Shown: positions 52,514 through 64,000 of the stretch, piece by piece
Position numbering within the stretch: the stretch's first letter is position 1
Layout of the letters: each line of letters opens with the position of its first letter
Assembly (NCBI GenBank): GCA_965153355.1
Contig: OZ231126.1
Coordinates: 21,948,001-22,012,000, forward strand
Source of the DNA: Flaccisagitta enflata
Taxonomy: Eukaryota
Direction: 5' to 3'
Length of the DNA stretch: 64,000 nt
Position numbers and translations under genes: made by a program
Notes under the pieces: generated by a model
Told to the model about the DNA's origin: nothing
What the model saw: the letters and a program-made list of their open reading frames with translations, nothing else
The model's database searches: none

Positions 52514-53293
52514 TTTTTGGGCAGCGGCCCCGAAGGGGACGAAGTCCTGTAGAATACAGGGGGAATCTGTCCGTCCGTCCGTACGTCCCCCCCCGCCCCA
52601 CCCTCAGGGCTTTGTCTCCTTTGGGGCCCAAATCCAAACTGTATGGCCCAAATCCAAGCAAAATGGCCCAAATCCAGTCAAAATGGACCAAATCCAGGTG
52701 AAATAGGCCAAATCTGGCTAGAAAACCTGACATCTGGCCTGAGTTCTATCATCTTGGCCCCTTTAACTTAGATTCTGGCTCCCAAAACCTACATCCAAGC
52801 CTTAGAGACCCAGATCCTGACCTTTGGGACCTAGATTCTGACCTCCAAGACCTTGGTGCTGGCCTTAAAGACCTAAATCCTAGCCTCAGAGGCTCAAATC
52901 CTGGCCTCAGAAACTGAAATCCTTGCCTCTGAGACCAAGAAATTGGTCTCTGAGGCCCAGGTTCTGGCCTCAAGAGACCCAGATTCTGGCCTGCTCCTCC
53001 CTCAACTTAACCTACAAACTATACAATAAGGGCAAGGGTACCATTGTCTATATACTGCCTTTTGTCATTTCGCCATGGAATTCAATGAAAATTTGAATAA
53101 CAGGGCATCCTGGACAGAAGGAAGGCAGACAGGACAGACGGACGGACGGACGGACGGATGGACAGATTCCCCCTGTGTTCTACAGGACTTCGTCCCCTTC
53201 GGGGCCGCTGCCCTGCTCCCTCTCAACCTTAATCACTTCCTACTCAAGCAGGGCACGGGTACCGCTGACCACTTACTGCCTTTGGGCTGCTAT
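52514..53293 (+). mobile_element. HINE-like element, family B (composite, two 3' tails)
   Basis: TTTTTTGGGCAGCGGCCCCGAAGGGGACGAAGTCCTGTAGAA...GTTCTACAGGACTTCGTCCCCTTCGGGGCCGCTGCCC...GGGCACGGGTACCGCTGACC. An extra decayed tail sits at ~52995-53062. Confidence 0.82.
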
Positions 53294-53465
53294 TTACTCC
53301 CTTCCCTCCTTTTTGTTTTTCCTTCCTTTCTTTCTTTTCTCATTTCCCCTATCTTTTTTTTTTCATTTCACATCAGACTGATTACTCTTCCTTTTCCACC
53401 CATCACTTCTGCTTTGCGGAACGTTCTATCAAACAGGAACTTCTAAAACCCTTTACCCAAAATCT

Positions 53466-53686
53466 TTTTTTAGTCGCGTGCTACGCGACTCTACACCCCG
53501 CTTTGTCGGTCCGTCCGTTGGTCCGTCAGTCCGTCGGTCCGTCCGTCCGTCCGTCCATCACACTTTACTCTTTTTGTTTTTTTGCAGTCTTTGGCCTCAC
53601 TTCTCCTGCCCAAATGACCTGGTGACCTCATTTACTGCCCCTGCCCACCCGCACGCGACTGGGGTAGCCGTGTATCCGGCCTTGTT
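53466..53686 (+). mobile_element. HINE/DINE-like element, family A (cleanest copy)
   Basis: TTTTT-AGTCGCGTG-CTA-CGCGACT (5' hairpin), (GTCC)n tract, CACGCGACT subterminal inverted repeat, (A)GCCGTGTATCCGGC 3' hairpin, TTGTT. The window starts (1-24) with the same 3' end. Confidence 0.88.
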
Positions 53687-55004
53687 CTTTTACTTATAAG
53701 GAAGTTGAAAACAAAGCAAAGAAGCTTTGTACAAGCTTCTGCGGTTTGTTGAACTGAAAGCAAACGCGTGCTGTCATACTATGACAGTGTCATAGAGTAT
53801 CTGATATCAGAGTCTAAAATCATCCACCAGTAACGGCTGCTTCTGCCGAGTGGAAAAAAGTCGTAGGCATTAATCATTTTCAATCAAATCCTTTGTTGTC
53901 AGTGAATACAATAGTGTTATTTGTCAGATAAACTATTTAAAGACCATGGACAATTGTATGATTCAAAATTAGCCAAAACATTGTATAACACCCAATTAGA
54001 TGAGCAAGCTTGCTCATATATGTTTTTTCATTTGCATGCTTTGATATGCATCAACATCTTTTTTTATTGATTTTACTTGAAACAAAAATAAGTCTCATCT
54101 GAATAAGTGAAAAGGGCTGAAATTCTCATCTCCACAGATAAGAAGCTGTGCTCATCTACATGCCTCCATTTATTTATATGTACAGACATGGATCAATGCT
54201 TTTTTATTCCATTTGAAACTTTCAAAAATCTAAAAAGATTTAACAAAGAAAGTTTTATAAAAAGATTAAAAAAATCATAAATCATGAAATATTGATCATA
54301 GAGTATTCTGCTTTGCACCTAATGAAAGAGAATCATCACATTTACAAACCCTGTCAATTTTGTTCAAGGGTAAAATCAAATAATTGAGTTACTCAACTTT
54401 TCCATGAGGAAATGGGAAACTAAATTTTCTGGAATATGTAAAAAATGTCGAAGACTGACTTCAACTTTTTTTTCTGATTAGCTGTTCGAAAAATTTACTT
54501 ACGTTTTTACCATGGACATTTTTGTACATATAAAGCAGACACAGATGTTTGAAAAAGCTGAAATGACATCAATTTTGGAGAACTGTTGCTCCTAAACGAA
54601 TTAAGCAATTGAGCTCAACTTGAGCTCGTTTCAAGTAGCTGTGTCTGATGGAAAAGGCTGATAATGGCCTGTACCACCCATCAACAAAGACATGAAGCTG
54701 TTCCAAAATTCACTCAGCCAAACATTCAAATTCATTTTGAACAGTGTACAAAACTGGCAGAGAAACCAGAGTTATGTCACTTTCAACCTCATCTCTTGGT
54801 GTGACACTTATGTCTAGTTGCCCACCCTCTCATTTCATTATAGTGTCCTCATTACCTCCCTTTGTCAGTTTGTCTGTGGCGTTTTTAATTCCCTTCCTTC
54901 CCACCTCGTGTTTTTCCATCTTCCTTTCATCCAACTGTTCATTGCTTCTTTTTTGCTGTTTCCTTCCATTCTTTCTTCCATTTATCCTTTCCTCTCCGCT
55001 CGCC

Positions 55005-55245
55005 CTTATTCCGTGCATGCGACTTTACAACCTTTGTCTGTCCGTCCGCCCGTTCGTCCGTCCATCCGTCCATGCGTCTGTTCGTCAGTTGTCCACCAGT
55101 CCATCCGGCGGTCCATCAAACATTACTTTTTCACTTTTTTTGTCGTTAGTTGGCGGTTTTCGCATTGCTGCTCCTGCCCAAATGCATGGTTAGCCTTTCT
55201 ATCACTGCCCCTGCCCACTAGCACGCCACGTGGGTAGCCGTATAT
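55005..55245 (+). mobile_element. Decayed family A copy
   Basis: GTGCATGCGACTTTACAACC...(GTCC)n...CTGCCCCTGCCCAC...GGGTAGCCGTATATC. Confidence 0.65.
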
Positions 55246-55639
55246 CTATTACTTTCCTAGTCCCTTCTTTATTAATCGTTTCTATCCTTTTCTTTGTGAC
55301 TCCTGCCCTTTTTACCTTTATGTTTCCATTCTTCTCCCATTTTTTTTCTCCATTTCCTCTTTCCTTTCTTCCTTTCCTCCCTCTCTTCCTATCAACATTT
55401 TCACCTCTTCCCTCTTTTTCTCTTCCCTTCGTCCATTTTCCCATTCCGTGACAATATTTGTTTCCCTTATCATCAATACTTTCCTTCCTTTCCCGATCTT
55501 TGTTTTCCTATACACATCGCCTTTTTTCCCGCCAGGTCTTGCTTCCCTCCTATCTAAATTCACTCTTTCTTTTCCCGTTTTCTTTCTCTATTTCACATCC
55601 ATCCCTCACCGCCTTTTCTTCTTGCCTTTCCACCAATAT

Positions 55640-56436
55640 TAATCTTTCTTCTGTAATTCTCTCTCCTTGTTTCATTTCTCTCCTCCTCTCCTTCTTCCCT
55701 CCTCTTAATTTCCTTCCTCGTTTCACTTCTTTCTTTTTGCTCCTCCTTCCTTCCTCTTATTTTCCTTCCTTGTTTCACTTCTTTCCTCCCTCTTCTCCTT
55801 CGTTCCTCTTATTTTCCCGACTCATTTCACTTCCTTCCTCCCTCTCCATCTTCTTTCCTTCCTCTTTTTTTCCACCCATTTTAGTCATTTCACTTCTTTC
55901 CTCTTTCTGTTTCTTCCTTCCACTTAGTTTCCTTCCTCGATTCACTTATCAGCTTCATTGTCTCCTTCCCTCCTCTTATTTCCCTTCCTCGTCTCTCTTC
56001 TTTCCTCCCCCTCTTCCTTCCTTCCTCTTATTTTCCTCCCTCGTTTCTCTTTTTTCCTCCCACTCCTCCCTCCTTGCTCTTATTTTCCTCCCTCCCTCTC
56101 CGCCTTCCTTCCTCTTATATTCCTTCCTTGTTTCTTTTCTTTTCTCCCTCTCCTTTCTTCCTCTTATTTCCCTTCCTCGTTTCACTTCTTTCCTCCCTCC
56201 CCTACTTCCTTCCTCTTATTTTCCTTCCTCGTTTCTCTTCTTTCCTCCCTCTCTGCCTCCCTTCTCCTTATCTATCTTCCTCGTCTCTCATCTTTCCTCC
56301 CTCTCCTCCTTCCTTCCTTACTTCCTTCCTCTTATTTTCCTTCCTCGTCTCTCTTTTTTCCTCCCTCGTCTCTCTTTTTTCCTCCCTCTCCTCCTTCCTT
56401 CCTCCCTCTTATCTTCCTTCCTCGTTTCTCTTCTCT
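55640..56436. repeat. Degenerate ~52-bp polypyrimidine minisatellite
   Basis: CCTCTTATTTTCCTTCCTCGTTTCTCTTCTTTCCTCCC recurs at ~52-bp spacing. The plus strand is almost devoid of purines. Confidence 0.75.
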
Positions 56437-56564
56437 TTGGCAGTGACGCCGCCAACATCGGATTCTGGAAGCTCTAAAGGCCGCCGAATTCATTAGGCCT
56501 GACTATTTGAAGGAGCCATTCGTATGGCCGCTTCTCTCGGCAACTAAGTCGGCTTTCCTCTTCG

Positions 56565-56777
<213 letters not shown>

Positions 56778-57761
56778 TCCTAACGGCGGCGGCGAACATT
56801 TAGGATCCAGGTTCCATTATCTTCGAATGGAGAAAGTCGCCATTCGCGAGATTTATGGCGTAAGGCGTGGCAAGAAGGAGTCGCTGGCGTCGTTGGTTCC
56901 CAAATTGCCTCACTACACTCTGCGCACGCGTGCACGCCAGTATTATACACTATGTGCGTATTAAATGACATGAGCCTCCACACAATCGGTCCATTCATGC
57001 ATGCTAGTACGAGCGTGCTACATAAAATGAGGCTTACCACGTTATACCCATAAGCGCATGCCAGTATTACTATATGTGGGTACAACGTGACATGATGTAG
57101 TATTTACAAACCCTAAGAAAAAGGAGAGACTGTACTGGCTGTACAGCTACACCCCGTTACAACGGAAATCCACCTACAATGAGTACATTATCTTAGTCCC
57201 TTCATGCCGTTTCGTTTTATTTACTAAAATGGTTTTAACAAAAATGCGCATTAACAGATAAAATTTGTTGGGCCCTTGACATTTCCGGGGTTCAACAGTA
57301 TTTGCAAACTCCAAAGAATGAATAAAGATGTTATTAGCCATCTCAGAGAAAAAGGTTAGGCCACGTTGTTGGGTGCAGTATTAACAAACCTTGGGAAAAT
57401 AGTTGAAGGCATTTTTTGTATGTAGTTTCAAGGAGTGGGCAAAGGCATGTTGTTGGATGTAGTATCAGCAATCCCTAAGAAAAGGGAAATGACATTTTGC
57501 CGAATGTAGTTGTATATGCGAAAAAGGCGTCTGGGAGGAGACGAGAGGAATGCCGGCAAAAAAACGACCATTTGGCAGAACATTACGAAGACCATTACGA
57601 GAATAACGGATATTTCGGTACCGTCGTTATCCCCTTCTTCGTCATCGTTATTCGTCGTTATCATCGTCTTGTATCGTCATTTTCGTCGTCATCCTCGTCG
57701 TCGTCATCGTCGCCGCCCTCATCGTTCGTAACCCTTCAACATTTACCTCATCTACATTAAC

Positions 57762-57882
<121 letters not shown>

Positions 57883-58310
57883 CGTTGAACAAAAGATTAA
57901 TAATTGAATGTGTAGTTTATGGATAAGGTGTCATTAGTGAACAAATCGATCGAAAGGCAAAATATCTAGAAAACGTAGTGCATCACATAAAGGTTAGGTC
58001 GTTTTTAGTCAAGATAGACATGTGACATAAGACATAAGACATAAGACATGTAAGACATGTAACATAAGACATCTAACATTTGTTGCACATTTCATAAGCT
58101 TTTCAGACGAATATCGGCTCTCAAACGAAATGTGGTAACTGGTTGGGTGGCTCTGAGATTCAAGCTAAGTCCCGTTAACAGATGGAGGAAAATCCTCTAT
58201 GGGAATTCTTTGCTTTGAAGGACGCTGCCCAGAAGGGAGAAAAAAAAGAGGAGAATCGTGACGAGGGGGGGGGGGGGAATGTGAAGATTGTACAGGATGA
58301 GGGAGATGAA

Positions 58311-58510
58311 AACAAGGCCGGATACACGGCTACCGAAGCCGCGTGCGGGTGGGCAGGGGCCATATTTGAGGTCACTAGCCCATTTTAGCAGGAGCAGTGA
58401 GGTCAGAGATTTTAGAGAAATAAAATCATGAAATAAGTAAAATGTGACCGACCGACCGATCGACCGACGGACAAAGCGGGTTGTATAGTCGCGCGCACAC
58501 GACTAAAAAA
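58311..58510 (-). mobile_element. HINE/DINE-like element, family A
   Basis: AACAAGGCCGGATACACGGCTACC...GCGTGCGGGTGGGCAGGGGC...(CCGA)n GACAAAGCGGGTTGTATAGTCGCG...CGACTAAAAAA. Confidence 0.82.
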
Positions 58511-59490
58511 GTCCAAAGCGGGAGACGAAGAAGAAGAAGAAGAAGAAGAAGAAGAAGAAGAAGAAGAAGAAGAAGGGAGAGGAAAAAGAAGAAGAAGATG
58601 AAGAAATGAAAAAGAGAAAAAGAGAAAAAGAAAAGGAAAAGGAAAAAGATGAGGAGGATACTGAAAAGACGAGGAAAGAGAGGAAAAAAAAAACAAAAGA
58701 AAAAGAAAAAGAAAAAGACTGAAATGATGACAGAAAAGGAGGTAAATGTAAAATAAAAGAAAGAGAAAAGAAAGGAAAAAAGCCGCAAGAAAGGAAACTC
58801 CGAGTAAATTGGAAAAGGATAAATTGGCAAAAGGGTATTGGGGCCAGTGAATGATCGCACGAACTTGGAATGAGAAAGAGGAAAGGCAAAAAGAAAAAAA
58901 AAGAAATCTGTACAGGAATTGGGGAGAGGGGATGTTGGGACTAGACATATGGTTACCAGGCAAATAACATGTGTTTTCTGTTTTTCTTCAACATGTGGGA
59001 GCATGTTTTCCACTTGTATACTGGTTTTCAATCCATTGTGATTTGCATTCTGTTTTGAACTTATCTTTTTTCTATCTCTGTTATAACTTTTACATGACTG
59101 CCCCATCCTCCCTTTTCTCCTTTCTGTTTTCACCCTATTTATTTCACGCCCTCTGCCATTCTCAAGAGTATTCCGTTCTCTCCTTGCCCCTACTTCTTCT
59201 TCTTTTATGCATTTCTTTCTTAACTATCCTTTTTACCACCTTTTTCTCCCGTTCTTTTCTCCACGCTTTACCCCTTTGCCCTTCTTCGCTTTTCCTTTCC
59301 TTCGCTCTCATTTTTTTCTCTCTCCCCTTCCTCAATCGTCATAAAGTATCCTGGAACAGCGACTAATGTCTCCCCGCGGAGCCATGAGGCCCTGGCCGTT
59401 GGGGCGGAATCCATGGGCCGACAGCCATAAGCCCCTTTCCAAGCACCGAGCCGCTAATGAGAAACGATTCCCTGCGAGCCAAAGGAAAAA

Positions 59491-59546
<56 letters not shown>

Positions 59547-59694
59547 CGAGCCTCGCGTTTCTAGATGATGTGGAAGGGAAAGCGTCTATGCACGTGCCTT
59601 TATGCATAAAGGTGAGCAGATTGATTTGGCGTTGTTACATGAATGTAATCTAAACAGTAACTTTCAACGTTGTTACATTTATGTAATGATACGT

Positions 59695-59820
59695 TGAGCT
59701 GTATCAATGCAACATACATTCCAAGTTCAAGGAAGGAGGTTTGAATTCAAATGGTGCTGAGCTGTATCAATGCAACACACATTCCAAGTTCGAGGAAGGA
59801 GGTTTGAATTCAAATGGTGC
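59695..59820. repeat. 63-bp tandem duplication
   Basis: TGAGCTGTATCAATGCAACA.ACATTCCAAGTTC.AGGAAGGAGGTTTGAATTCAAATGGTGC x2, with 2 mismatches. Confidence 0.92.
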
Positions 59821-60324
59821 GACAAACGGGCCTTTTATGATATAATTTTATGCAGTTTGTTTTACTATCAGTTTTATTAAAACTTCACTGTCTAATACAC
59901 GAGGCTGCGCATGACCGACACTCGTCTTAAACTTGAGTTTCTGCCGCGTCGGAAATACCAGAGTGTTAAAGAGCGAGGTAAGCTGATGGGCGACCTGTGC
60001 AAAGTACACCTGTCTGCACTATGATCTTGCTTCATACAACATGAGTAGCTCCGACTTTCAGTCAATACGACAATGGTAACGGCTGATTTTTCATGAAAAT
60101 TTAGGAGTAAACTAACTATTTCAAGGGGACTTCAATGGCGAACCAATTCACATTCTATCTTTTTTAAAATTCTTGAATGATTCAGATGAACAACTGAATC
60201 TGGGAAATGTTGAGTTGTTTTTTTTTCTTTTAATAATTTTACTCATATCACCAGTAAAAGATACTTTGACTGCTTCATGCAAATACTCCTTATGTTCGCT
60301 TCTAAGTGAAGTCTACACTGCTTA

Positions 60325-60647
60325 CCGTATTTTTCCATTTATCGCCCCCCTCCAATTGACGCCCCCCTCTTCTTGCTCCTGTGAACAATGATCTGAGAGA
60401 AGAAGCAAAAAATCTTGTTCTTTATCAGGGCTTGAATTTAAGACAAGCAAATGATTTGATGCATTCGAGCCAAAAGGATGCATTTGATGCCAATTTGATG
60501 CATTTGAGCCAATATTTCTGATATCTTAAGTAGCATTTATATAAATAACTTAGGATGCAAATCGAAAGGGGGTGCTAATTGGAGGATAAAATGATAATTT
60601 CTTTTTCAATTTCATAAGCGCCCGGGGCGCCAATTAAAAAGATACGG
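60325..60647. mobile_element. pogo/Tigger-like MITE, same family as 36912-37257
   Basis: TA|CCGTATTTTTCCATTTATCGCCCCCCTCCAA...GCGCCCGGGGCGCCAATTAAAAAGATACGG|TA. Confidence 0.83.
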
Positions 60648-61133
60648 TAATCGTATATCCCTCACTCTGGCAAAGGCGCACGGGGGCAATCCCACTAAAG
60701 CTCGGCTCAGACAAAGTAAAGCACTGAGGTGACGGATGATCTTCCATCCTTTCCTCGGGTGTGAATTGTTGACCGGCGTTGTTGAGTTACGTAGATCTGT
60801 TTAACAATTTATCGTGTTTACCTCAACGGTTTACTTCCCGGATTTGATTCCCACCCAATCGTGGAGTGTGATTGTTTGCTTTTGTCAGTCTATCTTTGAC
60901 TTTGTCCGTTCTTGTCTGAATGTCTCGCTGTCGGAATATCTGTCCAAATATTTGTCATTCTATCTGCATCCTCTCATTATCATTTTTTGTTTTTGTCGCC
61001 ATCGGTTGCTCTCTCTATTTAGGTCTCACTTTTGTAATGTCTTTGTCTGTGTGCCTCTGTGACAGAGACCAACAGAGGCTTTGTCTCTCTGTCTCTCTGT
61101 CTCTCTGTCTCTCTCTGTCTCTCTGTCTATCTG

Positions 61134-61230
<97 letters not shown>

Positions 61231-61360
61231 TTGCCCTCAGCGGGTCATAACATCCTTTACCTTTCAAGGAGTCCACTTCTTCTCTGAGATTCCCCTTCTA
61301 GATGATGTCGTAATGGGCTCCAGTTTCCCTCAATGATCCAAACAACGACAACAACCACAA

Positions 61361-61908
61361 TAGTCGCAAAAGCGTCAGATGGTCAGCGGTACCCGTTGCC
61401 CCTAAGTTAGTATATGTAAGATGTGAAAGTGAGAGGGGCAGCGGCCCCGAAGGAGCCGATGATCTATGCTGGGCTAAGATTTGAGCATTGGAGCTGGGAT
61501 TTGAGCCACGTGGAGCCATCAGGCATGGATTGGAGCCTCTTAGCTGGGGATAGAGCCTCATGGCAAAGGTCCCAGCCTCAAGGCTGGAATTGGAGCCAGG
61601 AGGGGGATTAGAGGCCATATGCTGGGATTGGGGCCTCAAGGCTGGGAATGCTTCAAAGCTGGTATGTGAGCCCAAAGGCTGGGATTGGAGCCTCAAGGCT
61701 GGTATTGGAGCCTCAAGGTCGCAATTTGAGCCTCGAGGTTGAATGCAAGCCTCAAGGCTAGGATTAGGACCTGGAGGCTGGGTTTGGAGCCCCCAGGTGT
61801 GGGGTGGGGGGGACGGAGGAGGAGGAGAAGGAGAAGAAGGAGGAGGAGAAAATCTCCCATATGTGTGAAAGCATGGGTCATGGGCCCCTTCGGGGCCGCT
61901 GCCCAAAA
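61361..61908 (-). mobile_element. HINE-like element, family B
   Basis: GGTCAGCGGTACCC...GGGCAGCGGCCCCGAAGG...~21-bp repeats GGCTGGGATTGGAGCCTCAA...CATATGTGTGAAAGCATGGGTCAT...GGGGCCGCTGCCCAAAA. Confidence 0.82.
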
Positions 61909-62134
61909 ACGACTGCTTAACAGGGGAAATGAAATGACAACGACAAAAAAAAAAAAAAAAAAGACAAAAATAACAACAATGATAACAAAACAGAGATGCC
62001 GATTCCGTCAAGCTGCTGTGTGGCATGAAAAATCCGACAAAAGCTGCCGCACTTTTGTTTAATTCATAGGCTATTATTCCCTTCCCTGAATTTAGACCTA
62101 AGTCTCTTCTCCTTATGTCTATAGTGAACTAACT

Positions 62135-62752
62135 CACAGTGGGCCTTAACTAGGTATGAGTTAAAAAGAATCCCCAATGGTAGTGACTTGTATGAGTGGG
62201 TACAATTTATAATGGAGAATTGATGTAAACCCTTAAAAAAAAATTCCCTTGAAAATTTTTGCAAAAATTGTTAAAAAACATCAATTTTTGTATATATTTG
62301 CAAGTAGATCTGAATGATATATAAGTTTCAAAATTCTGACTCAAGATTCACATTCCTGGTGAAATTTCCAATCATTTGATAAGTTACACTATATACTTTC
62401 ATGAAAAAATAAGATTTTCATATCTTTGGCCACCATTGTTTTTTTTGTAACGGTGGCATGAAAAATGAAAATCTTATTTTTTCATAAAAGTATACAGTGT
62501 GACCTATCAAATGATTGGAAATTTCACCAGGAATATGAATCTTGAGTCAGAATTTTGAAACTGATATATCCTTGAGATCTATATGTAAATATATGTGAAA
62601 ATTGATACTTTTTAATGATTTTTGCAAAAATTTTCAAGGGAAATTTTTTTTAAAGGGTTTACATTAATTCTTTTTTAAAAATTATACCTATTCATACAAG
62701 TCACTACTATTGAGGATTTTTTTAAACTCATACCCAGTTAAGGCCCGCTGTG
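62135..62752. mobile_element. Palindromic non-autonomous DNA element, CAC...GTG ends, 4-bp TSD (Chapaev-like)
   Basis: AACT|CACAGTGGGCCTTAACTAGGTATGAGTT...AACTCATACCCAGTTAAGGCCCGCTGTG|AACT. Arms pair to a centre near 62440. Confidence 0.88.
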
Positions 62753-63085
62753 AACTGCTCATTTTTAAGGGGCGGCATTTGCAATCCCCTCCATATATAC
62801 CTTGCCTGATTATGGAATTGGGGCTGCGACATTTTCCTCTGTGTAAGAGAGCTTAAGCAAAGATGAATCTCAGCTCCCTTACGTAGCGTTAACCAAATAT
62901 AAGCGGGCCAGGGGACTCTAGCCCTCCTCGGCTGCCAACAAGGTCCTAGCCCAGGTAGCTGTCAGTAGCCCTCTAGGTATCTAAAAAATATCTAAAATTT
63001 TTTCTAAGTATCTGAATGAGTAGCTGAATTTCTCTTGTTATACTTTAGCGCTATATGGCACCGAATGAAATAACTTCAAGAAGGG

Positions 63086-63180
<95 letters not shown>

Positions 63181-63193
63181 GCACACACACACA

Positions 63194-63240
<47 letters not shown>

Positions 63241-63359
63241 AAACACACATACAGTGCTTCACATAACTCTGAAAGTCTGAATGGTAGTAATTCAATAATG
63301 AACTTTCAACCCACATCACATTTAAACAAGGCCAACACCTATAAGTAGCGTGCAGTACA

Positions 63360-63565
63360 TAAATAACTTAGGATGACATTAAACAACTCAAAATGACTTA
63401 AAATGACTTAGGATGACTTTAAATGACTTTAAAAGACTAAAAACGACTTAGACAATTAAATTGACCTATTCAACTTAAGTGACTCAATGTAGCGTAATAT
63501 GACTTGAAATGACCTAGAATGACTTAGTTTGACTTAGTTTGACTTAGAATGACTCAAAATGACAG
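63360..63565. repeat. 10-bp tandem repeat (AAATGACTTA)
   Basis: Degenerate copies, followed by a family A end at ~63570-63697. Confidence 0.75.
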
Positions 63566-63888
63566 TTAGATGCAAGGACAAACGGATGGATCGATGGACT
63601 CATGAACTGACGGACTGATGGACAGATGGATGGATGGACCGACGGATGGACCAACCAACCAAGCGGGGTGTAGAGTCGTGTTGTACGCGACTAAAAATAC
63701 AACTAACTGGGCTCTATTGTATAGGTGGTGTTGGCCAGCCCCTTGGAAGTAGTAAGTCAAAACTCAATGCTGACAAACGGATACATAGACGGATAGACAG
63801 GCTGACCGACGATAGCTTGTAGACAAAACGCGGCACTGCGACAAAACTCGGAAATGAAACCAAACACCAAAACAAAAGGCAATGGAAG

Positions 63889-63974
<86 letters not shown>

Positions 63975-64000
63975 CAAAGAGATTTTCCCTCTTATGATAA

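Noticed and set aside
53930-54780. AT-rich segment resembling a DNA-transposon remnant (also 22450-22740, 26440-26720, 33660-33740, 57140-57300)
   Set aside because: Could not define paired termini or TSDs by eye, so these are not annotated.
55458-56477. 339-aa Phe/Leu/Ser/Pro-rich 'membrane protein' ORF
   Set aside because: A pyrimidine-only strand rarely forms stop codons, so the ORF is a compositional artefact.

Overview
Repeat-dominated eukaryotic (most likely invertebrate/arthropod-like) genomic DNA, not a prokaryotic locus. One well-supported protein-coding gene: a small three-exon, secreted, atypical C-type lectin-domain gene on the minus strand (~20436-19599). One long decayed minus-strand reading frame (46944-~45280, Gln-rich, probably mobile-element derived) whose stops all look like C>T hits. 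The first ~12 kb is a composite tandem-repeat structure: 22-bp TACAACCA-core arrays that flip orientation at palindromic junctions around three copies of an identical ~62-bp core, then 14-, 19- and another 22-bp array, possibly bracketed by diverged inverted repeats. The rest is a nested set of non-autonomous DNA elements (Tc1/mariner-type with TA targets, hAT-type with 8-bp TSDs, CAC...GTG palindromes with 4-bp TSDs, a 2-kb foldback with an empty-site control, two families of Helentron-like HINE/DINE elements) embedded in very abundant (AG)n, (AAG)n, (AAC)n and (AC)n microsatellites. Nearly all ORFs in the supplied track are translations of simple repeats. Element superfamily labels come from terminal/TSD signatures only, with no database search. 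Coordinates are hand-read and may be off by a few bases.
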